DNA of 29,840 nt from Candidatus Dadabacteria bacterium (GTDB lineage Bacteria; Desulfobacterota_D; UBA1144; Nemesobacterales; CSP1-2). The translations under genes and the position numbers were made by a program. Position 1 is the first letter of the stretch, and every line of letters begins with the position of its first letter. The stretch covers positions 26,873 to 56,712 of the forward strand of contig PSLL01000002.1 of NCBI GenBank assembly GCA_040289575.1, in the 5' to 3' direction. Positions 19,425 through 25,739 of this stretch are shown in pieces. The notes beneath the pieces were generated by a model. It saw only the letters and a program-made list of their open reading frames with translations, did not search any database and had not been told where the DNA came from.

Positions 19425-19453
19425 TTGACAAGGGTTTTTTTATATGTTGTAAT
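19425..19453 (+). promoter_or_regulatory. Sigma70 promoter P2
   Basis: TTGACA (19425-30), 17-bp spacer, TGTAAT (19448-53). Confidence 0.7.
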
Positions 19454-19640
19454 CCTAAACGTCAAAAACTGGGTAATCTAAAAATCACTTAGGAGTGGAG
19501 GATGAAGCCAACCCAAGTTCTAACCCATCAAGCGCTGAAACTCGCTGATCTCCCCAAAATGTTTGAAAATCCCAAGAAAAAGGAGGAGGATTATGTTTGA
19601 TGTCTTTGAATATAAAAATCAAAAAAGGAGGATATGTTCT

Positions 19641-20588
19641 ATGTTAAAGAAAGGCTTTGGAATAAAGTATCTTTTAGCGGCCCTCGCATTTCTTTTAATC
19701 ATCCCTGTTTTTGCCCCTATTAAGGCGTGGGGCGGGGCTCCTCTTACAACAATTACAACAATTACGGATACCGATTTGGGAGACGGATCACAGCTCTACT
19801 TCTTCTGGGACCTGCGTGGCAGAGAAAGCTTCTTCCAGCTTACAAATACATCTAATAAAAAAATCACGGTTCATGTTCAGGTCTTTAATTCAGCTACCGG
19901 CTGTAGTGAGTTTGATTTTTTTGATACATATAGCGGCAATGACACACACCTCTACAATGTAAGGAAACTCGACTCTAATGATGGTAATCTCACCGGTCCC
20001 CCTTCCTTTAACAATGGGTTTGGGTTTATCGTTGTATCTTTTGGGGCTGATAGTGACACCGGCCTTACGGGGAACTTCAGGATCATAGATAGCTCGGGTT
20101 ATGAATACAGAACAAATGCTGCGGACTTTGAAGACTTTAGCGACGTCGGAGACCGGGAGACGCTGGCAACGAATGTTTATACATTCAATTTCAACGACAT
20201 AAACGGCATATCCCTTTCCGATGTGGTCGGTATAGTTGTTGACAACTCAAGCGTTGATACAAACACAATAACGGAGTCATCAGCCCCCACCGCTACATTT
20301 AGCCCGATTCTTGTCAATGAGAAGGAAGCAGTTTTTTCCTGCCCTCCCGTTAAGTTTTCATGCGCAACTGATCTTGGCATAAACCAGGCAATTGTAAACA
20401 GCAAGGGGGCAGCGAGTATATGCTCCGACACCAACACCACTGGCGCAGTTATGCTCACTCTAACTTCCGATTTTTCTAGTGGGAGATTTATAGTTGGATT
20501 TATAGGGCTCAATGACGGGGCTGGACACGGAACCATGGATACATGGTGGGCAAATGGTGGATTACCACCACCACCACCACCACTGTAA
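19641..20588 (+). CDS. Secreted beta-rich protein of unknown family (protein A)
   Basis: AGGAGG SD before ATG 19641 (alternative in-frame ATG at 19593). Signal peptide MLKKGFGIKYLLAALAFLLIIPVFAPIKAWG; rich in Thr/Ser/Asn/Asp; ends GGLPPPPPPL from a (CCA)6 run. Confidence 0.85.
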   Translation: MLKKGFGIKYLLAALAFLLIIPVFAPIKAWGGAPLTTITTITDTDLGDGSQLYFFWDLRGRESFFQLTNTSNKKITVHVQVFNSATGCSEFDFFDTYSGNDTHLYNVRKLDSNDGNLTGPPSFNNGFGFIVVSFGADSDTGLTGNFRIIDSSGYEYRTNAADFEDFSDVGDRETLATNVYTFNFNDINGISLSDVVGIVVDNSSVDTNTITESSAPTATFSPILVNEKEAVFSCPPVKFSCATDLGINQAIVNSKGAASICSDTNTTGAVMLTLTSDFSSGRFIVGFIGLNDGAGHGTMDTWWANGGLPPPPPPL

Positions 20589-20636
20589 ATTAGGAATCTT
20601 AAGGGTCTTACATAAATTAAGAAAGGAGGAGAAATC

Positions 20637-22034
20637 ATGTTAAAGAGGTTGAGATTAAAGTTTATGCTGATGGCAAGCCTTATGCTTGTTATCATTGGAT
20701 TTGGTTCACTTGATAGGGCACAAGGGGCAGAGGTATGTAACGGTATACCCTTTAATATCGGGTGGATTGACCTGGGTGTGAGTACGAGATCCGACTTTAC
20801 TGCTGGTCTTCTGGGGACGATTGAGTCATTCAAAGGGTCAAATGTAGCCGGTCTTGACTGGTTGTATAATGATGACTCATCTCTCAACACAACAGAGGTT
20901 GGGTCACAGCTTATATCATGGTGGACTAGAAAGAACGGAAGGGACTCTATAATCCAGGTTTTAAACACCTCTTCTAGTAAAGTAAACGTTCACATTCAGA
21001 TACTCGATGAGAATTGCGCAGAGATAACGGACTTTTGCGATTCTTATACGCCGGTCGATACAGTTGTCTATGACCTTGCAAACCTTGTTACAAATGTCGG
21101 TCAGAAGATTAGTACAGGGGCTCTTGCTGGCCATGAGGGGGTAATTGTAATTACACCCGTTAATAATTGCCCTAATGGCCGTAAGGCAATTAGGTTTAAC
21201 TTCCTTCAGGGAAACCTTAGGGTGACAAACTCCGGTGCCGATGAATACGGAACAAATGTTTATGCAAGGACTGCTCAGGGTCTCTGTATAGCGGGTGCTA
21301 CCACGACTACTACAATATGTACATTTGACTCAGATTGTCAAAATTTTTGTTTATCAGGAACTTGTTCTGTTAGCGGAGGCCAGTGTACTGTGGATTCAGA
21401 TTGTCCACAAGGTTTTTGTGGCTCTTCTTCTTCATGTAAGACTTTAGACGGAACGTCTGGGTGTAAACTAAATGCGGTTCGGCCCCGTGATCTAAATGGT
21501 AATTTCTCTACACTTCCCGGTAGTGCAGGAGCAGGGGCGGATCTAGTCCTTATCTCACTCAAGGACAACTACCGCCCTTCATATGCAGCGGTTGCCGGTA
21601 GTGCCACCTATTCTCCGGGTATATTTGACGATCAAGAGAACTTCCAGAGTTGCCCCGGGCTTAACGCCTGCTTTACAAGGCTAGGTATAGATGACCCATT
21701 CCCAGCAAGCGAGAACTTTGCTCCAGCAACGCCTTCACCTTCACCTTCACCTTCGCCTATAGCGTGTACTAAGAATTCAGATTGTCCTTCTGGGTTTGTC
21801 TGCCTGCTTCCTACCCCTTCCGGTGGTACCCCAGCGCCTGGAGTATGTGTACCAGCTCCGAAACCATCACCAACACCGACAAAGAAGCCTAGCGGTGGCG
21901 GGGGTGGAGGATGTTCGATTGGCGGTCCTGTAGAGATTGGAACGGCTATGGCTAATGTTCTGGTCCCACTAGTGCCTGCATTTGCAATCGGATTTAGGGT
22001 GTTAAGAAGAAGATCGAGAAAGAACCAGAAGTAA
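20637..22034 (+). CDS. Secreted/surface protein paralogous to protein A, with Cys-rich modules, Pro-rich linker and C-terminal anchor (protein B)
   Basis: AGGAGG SD; signal peptide ending AQG; motifs shared with protein A; CxxDSDC repeats; PSPSPSPSP; GGGGGGC followed by a hydrophobic segment and RRRSRKNQK. Confidence 0.88.
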   Translation: MLKRLRLKFMLMASLMLVIIGFGSLDRAQGAEVCNGIPFNIGWIDLGVSTRSDFTAGLLGTIESFKGSNVAGLDWLYNDDSSLNTTEVGSQLISWWTRKNGRDSIIQVLNTSSSKVNVHIQILDENCAEITDFCDSYTPVDTVVYDLANLVTNVGQKISTGALAGHEGVIVITPVNNCPNGRKAIRFNFLQGNLRVTNSGADEYGTNVYARTAQGLCIAGATTTTTICTFDSDCQNFCLSGTCSVSGGQCTVDSDCPQGFCGSSSSCKTLDGTSGCKLNAVRPRDLNGNFSTLPGSAGAGADLVLISLKDNYRPSYAAVAGSATYSPGIFDDQENFQSCPGLNACFTRLGIDDPFPASENFAPATPSPSPSPSPIACTKNSDCPSGFVCLLPTPSGGTPAPGVCVPAPKPSPTPTKKPSGGGGGGCSIGGPVEIGTAMANVLVPLVPAFAIGFRVLRRRSRKNQK

Positions 22035-22051
22035 GAAATAGAATACATGGC

Positions 22052-22079
22052 GTAGGGGTTCAAAATTTTGAACCCCTAC
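22052..22079. repeat. Perfect 28-bp GTAG-type REP palindrome
   Basis: GTAGGGGTTCAAAA|TTTTGAACCCCTAC. Confidence 0.85.
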
Positions 22080-22105
22080 AATATCAAGATTAGGTTAAAA
22101 ATGAG

Positions 22106-22143
22106 AGCCAGAGGGGCAGGGGATATGTCCCTCTGGCTTTTTT
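22106..22143 (+). terminator. Rho-independent terminator of the A-B operon
   Basis: Stem AGCCAGAGGGGCA / TGTCCCTCTGGCT followed by a T run. Confidence 0.75.
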
Positions 22144-22200
22144 GTGTATTTTAAGTATTCTGTTGTTAAGACTAAAGGGTTGAGTGAGGAATCAGAAGGA

Positions 22201-22439
22201 ATGAGGCTTTTAGAAATACCAGCTGTTATATCTTTTGAAGAGGATACTTATATATTGCTAAGTGTCCTTTAATTCAAGGAGCTTTTGCCGAGGGAGAAAC
22301 ACCGGAAGAAGCTATTAGAGAGTTGATAGATGTTGTAAAGATAATATTACAGTATAAAAAAGAGAGAGGAGAGGAACTAATAGATTTAGTCACAGAAACG
22401 GATAAAGTCATTACAACTCTTCCTGTAGAAATATTATGA
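22201..22439 (+). pseudogene. hicB: HicB antitoxin, frameshifted
   Basis: MRLLEIPAVISFEEDTY, then a shift in TATATAT (22249-55) to IAKCPLIQGAFAEGETPEEAIRELIDVVKII..; the G.T.EEA motif is typical of HicB. Confidence 0.85.
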
Positions 22440-22629
22440 CAAGATTGACGCCGCTGAGATATGATTAGGTTATACAGGCGGGGAAAAGGCTCTCATGAGC
22501 TATGGGTAAGAGATTTCGATGGCAGTTATTCCGGTTCCTAAACATAAAGGGGAAGATATTAAGAAGAGAACGCTAAGGGCAATAATAAATGAGATAGGCA
22601 TAAGCATAGAAGAGTTTATGAATTTATGA
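22436..22629 (+). pseudogene. hicA: HicA toxin, disrupted
   Basis: ATGA overlap with hicB. MTRLTPLRYD* has a premature TAG; other frames give RRGKGSHELW and VIPVPKHKGEDIKKRTLRAIINEIGISIEEF. Confidence 0.85.
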
Positions 22630-22633
22630 CTCC

Positions 22634-23158
22634 CTAGCTTCTCTTTTGAGGGGGAAGGTAGTAGTCCATAAACCCCCTCGGTTGCGGGGGCCCGTTGTAT
22701 GAAATCCTCTTCCATACCGCTGGGTTTGAGTAGTAGAATTTAATTACCATTTCACGGAATCTATGGAAAAACACCCTATTGGCCACGCTTACGTGGTCTA
22801 TAATGACCTTTTTATCCTCCTTCTTTTCTAACCTGTAAAACGGCACCCTAAACTTGGCCTTAGAGATTGTATCTAGGTTCCAGAGCCCAGCATCAAAAAA
22901 CGCGCCCATTCCTAGGTTAGTAGAAACATAATTCATAAAAATGACTTTTATCCCTATTTCTTTAGCCCCCGGCACAAGCGTATCAGCAAGGGCCTCCATG
23001 CTTTTCTGTGTCTCTGAGTTCAGTATCCTATATCCCTTTTGAATCTCTATTCCATCTTCTGCCGTCTTCCCAAAAGCCCTTATCGGAAGGAAGACGAATT
23101 CTGTCCCCAATATTCCAAATGCAATGGTCTTTATAAATCCTCTTCTCGTTGGCTTCAT
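22634..23158 (-). CDS. Tat-exported gluconate 2-dehydrogenase subunit 3 (gamma)-like protein
   Basis: Tat motif TRRGFIK; ALADTLVP; FF...REMVIKFYYSNPAVWKRISYNGPP. Confidence 0.75.
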   Translation of the reverse strand: MKPTRRGFIKTIAFGILGTEFVFLPIRAFGKTAEDGIEIQKGYRILNSETQKSMEALADTLVPGAKEIGIKVIFMNYVSTNLGMGAFFDAGLWNLDTISKAKFRVPFYRLEKKEDKKVIIDHVSVANRVFFHRFREMVIKFYYSNPAVWKRISYNGPPQPRGFMDYYLPPQKRS

Positions 23159-23949
23159 CTCCCGAGAATCTCCACTTTTATGTTTTCTTCTTTACTTAAC
23201 CTTTCGGTATAATCTCGCAATGCGTCATTCTTCTTTTTTGCCAATATGAGATACTGTATAGATGAGCGTGCTTTAAAAATCGGTATCCTGCGCACCTCAA
23301 CGAGCTTTACGACCTTAAATTCATCTCCTTCCTGAATAACATCGCTTACGCTGCCTATGTTCTTCCCCTTAAACATCTCGTTGTATCTCACGCCGAATAC
23401 AAGATCCTTTACGGGTATATTTTTCCCCGATTTAGCGGAGAGATCGGATGCGATCTTCTCGAAGTCCTCGCCTTTTATTGCCCTCTCACGGGCCTCCTCG
23501 GCGAGGTTCTTATCTTCAAATATCATTTGCTTTACACGCATGTGTGTAAATCTGCTCTCGTTTTCCTTATAGTAATCCTCAATCTCTTTATCGCTTACCT
23601 CTTCGTCTTTAGGCAGTTTATCCGCGATTTCATTCTTCATAGCATTTACAATCAAGCTTTTTTTATATTGCTCAATACGAGGCTCGAATTTTTTATCGAG
23701 TCCGCGTTTTAGGCCTTCTTCATAGAGGATCTCATCGGTTATTACATATTCAAGCGGTCTTCCGCCCAGGTCTTTTTCATATATGGGTCTTCCGTTAACA
23801 CGGGCAACAACCCTGTCCAACGCGCTTGTTTGAACCGCCTCTTTTATGGGGGTTTCTTTGATCTGAACGGTCTCTTCCTTTTTCTCTGATTTTCCGCATC
23901 CCCATGCGAATAAAACAATTAGAACAATAAATGGGAGAAGCCTTTTCAT
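23155..23949 (-). CDS. PrsA/PpiC-like foldase lipoprotein with degenerate active site
   Basis: GGAGG SD before ATG 23949; lipobox AWGC; VVARVNGRPI; GEDFEKIA; GSVSDVI. Its stop overlaps the next gene's start (ATGA). Confidence 0.8.
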   Translation of the reverse strand: MKRLLPFIVLIVLFAWGCGKSEKKEETVQIKETPIKEAVQTSALDRVVARVNGRPIYEKDLGGRPLEYVITDEILYEEGLKRGLDKKFEPRIEQYKKSLIVNAMKNEIADKLPKDEEVSDKEIEDYYKENESRFTHMRVKQMIFEDKNLAEEARERAIKGEDFEKIASDLSAKSGKNIPVKDLVFGVRYNEMFKGKNIGSVSDVIQEGDEFKVVKLVEVRRIPIFKARSSIQYLILAKKKNDALRDYTERLSKEENIKVEILGR

Positions 23950-24042
23950 AATCTGATTTCCTCCACAGTGGGCTTTTATACCAATCCTATTTTTTCTGTC
24001 ATTGAATCGAAATGACATTAGGGCAAGAATCTAACTGAAAAA

Positions 24043-24076
24043 TTGACAGGGTGCAACCTTTTGATTAATATTAATC
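24043..24076 (+). promoter_or_regulatory. Candidate sigma70 promoter with palindrome over the -10
   Basis: TTGACA (24043-48), 17-bp spacer, TAATAT (24066-71); palindrome GATTAATATTAATC at 24063-24076. Confidence 0.5.
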
Positions 24077-24086
24077 CCCTAATTTA

Positions 24087-25736
24087 ATGCCCCAGAAGAA
24101 TCAGAAATACGACTGCATTGTAATCGGCTCTGGACCGGGAGGCGCTCCATTTGCATGGAGGCTTGCCTCGCGTGGGATGAATGTTCTTATACTCGAGGCG
24201 GGAGACCGTTATGACCCACAAAAGGACTATCCGCTCAATCTAAATGACTGGGAGACAAAGGGCTTTCCCCATAGGAGGAATATGGACTATGACTTTGGCA
24301 AAAATCAGGTTCTAGACCCTAAATACAAACATCTCAAATCATGGAATAAGGCCTCAGGCGAACTTAACCGCTCAGAGAATAGAAGATACCTTGAGTACCA
24401 GCATGTAGTCGGTGTGGGGGGAACAACACTTCATTTCCAGGGCGAGGGGCATCGTCTCAATCCAAGTGCATTTCGTATGAAAACCCTCTTTGGTGTGGGC
24501 GAGGATTGGCCTATAACATATAAGGACATTGAGCCGTATTATTCGGAGGTGGAGAAGATAATTGGGGTTGCAGGACCAAAGGAGATTCCCGCCCGCCCGC
24601 GCACCAGTCCATATCCACTTCCGCCCCATAAACTCAGCTTTGCGAGTCAGATAATTGAAAAGGGGTGTAAAAAACTGGGCCTTGAGCTTGTGCCGAACTC
24701 TGTTGCCATTCTCTCTCATGTTTATCGCGATACGCCGCCTTGTAATTACTGCAACGGTTGTGTTTGGGGCTGTCCGAGAAGGGACAAGGGTACGGTTGAC
24801 GTTACATTTATTCCACTTGCCGAGAAGACCGGAAGGTGCCGGATTCTCACAAATGCATTTGCGGCGAGAATTGATGTAGAAAAAAAGGACGGCGTAAAGA
24901 AGTCAAAGGGCGTCCTATATTACGATAGAGACAAAAAAGAGCATTTCGTGGAGGGGGATTTTATAGCCGTTGCATGCGGGGCTGTAGAGACGCCTAGATT
25001 GCTCCTGAATTCAGGAATCAATGGCAATGGGATTGTGGGTAAAAATTTTATGGAAACCGTCTTCTATCACGCCGTCGCCTTCCATCCAGAGAGGCTGGAT
25101 TCCTTTCGAGGCATACCGATAGATAGCGTTATATGGAAATGGAATGAGCCTAATCCTAAGAATGGGTTTCCCGGCGGGCTTAGGCTTTTCCCTACAGCTG
25201 GAACCGCCATGGGACCTATAAGTTATGCCCTGCGTTTTCATAAGGGTTGGGGAGAAGAATTTGTAAAGGACGTAGAGAAGTGGTTTGGACATGCTATAGC
25301 CATAGGAGGAATCGGGGAATTCTTCCCCAATGGGGATACATTTGTCTCTGTCAGTCGGGATAAAAAGGATGAGTTTGGGATTCCGCTGGCTGAGATACAA
25401 TCGTTTCTCGGTGACACAGAGCTTAAAATCCTGGATTTTATGTCAAAGACCTCAAAGGAGATTCTAAAGGCATCCGGCGCAGGAGAAATAGTTGAGGAGT
25501 TCTCTACATACGACTTTTTCTCCGCATCCCATGTGTTTGGGACATGTAGGATGGGAAAAGATCCCAGCAAATCGGTAGTGGGTCCAGACCTCAGAAGCCA
25601 TGAGATTAAAAACCTATTTATTACAGACGCGAGTGTTTTCCCCTCTTCAGGCGGTGGAGATGCTCCAGCGCTTACAATTGAGGCATTGAGCTTGAGAGCT
25701 GCTGATCTGCTAGTCGAGGGCATAAAAAAGGGCTAG
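24087..25736 (+). CDS. GMC-family FAD oxidoreductase with Fe-S motif
   Basis: IVIGSGPGG, LEAG, VGGTTLH, CNYCNGCVWGC, GAVETPRLLL, HVFGTCRMG, DASVFP; no signal peptide. Confidence 0.92.
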   Translation: MPQKNQKYDCIVIGSGPGGAPFAWRLASRGMNVLILEAGDRYDPQKDYPLNLNDWETKGFPHRRNMDYDFGKNQVLDPKYKHLKSWNKASGELNRSENRRYLEYQHVVGVGGTTLHFQGEGHRLNPSAFRMKTLFGVGEDWPITYKDIEPYYSEVEKIIGVAGPKEIPARPRTSPYPLPPHKLSFASQIIEKGCKKLGLELVPNSVAILSHVYRDTPPCNYCNGCVWGCPRRDKGTVDVTFIPLAEKTGRCRILTNAFAARIDVEKKDGVKKSKGVLYYDRDKKEHFVEGDFIAVACGAVETPRLLLNSGINGNGIVGKNFMETVFYHAVAFHPERLDSFRGIPIDSVIWKWNEPNPKNGFPGGLRLFPTAGTAMGPISYALRFHKGWGEEFVKDVEKWFGHAIAIGGIGEFFPNGDTFVSVSRDKKDEFGIPLAEIQSFLGDTELKILDFMSKTSKEILKASGAGEIVEEFSTYDFFSASHVFGTCRMGKDPSKSVVGPDLRSHEIKNLFITDASVFPSSGGGDAPALTIEALSLRAADLLVEGIKKG

Positions 25737-25739
25737 ACA

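Noticed and set aside
19455..19560. Possible SAM-I, fluoride or c-di-GMP riboswitch in the leader of protein A (GTGGAGG..TGAAGCC..AACC)
   Set aside because: Only scattered words match and I could not build the required helices; an Rfam scan would decide.
20177..20968. 263-aa minus-strand ORF
   Set aside because: It is antisense to genes A and B, which have SDs, signal peptides and mutual homology; a shadow ORF.
8483..22079. Palindromes as CRISPR repeats or integron attC sites
   Set aside because: They are dispersed and non-identical with no regular spacers, and there is no cas or integrase gene.
23950..24018. N-terminal extension of the foldase ORF to 24018
   Set aside because: ATG 23949 has a GGAGG SD and begins a canonical lipoprotein signal.
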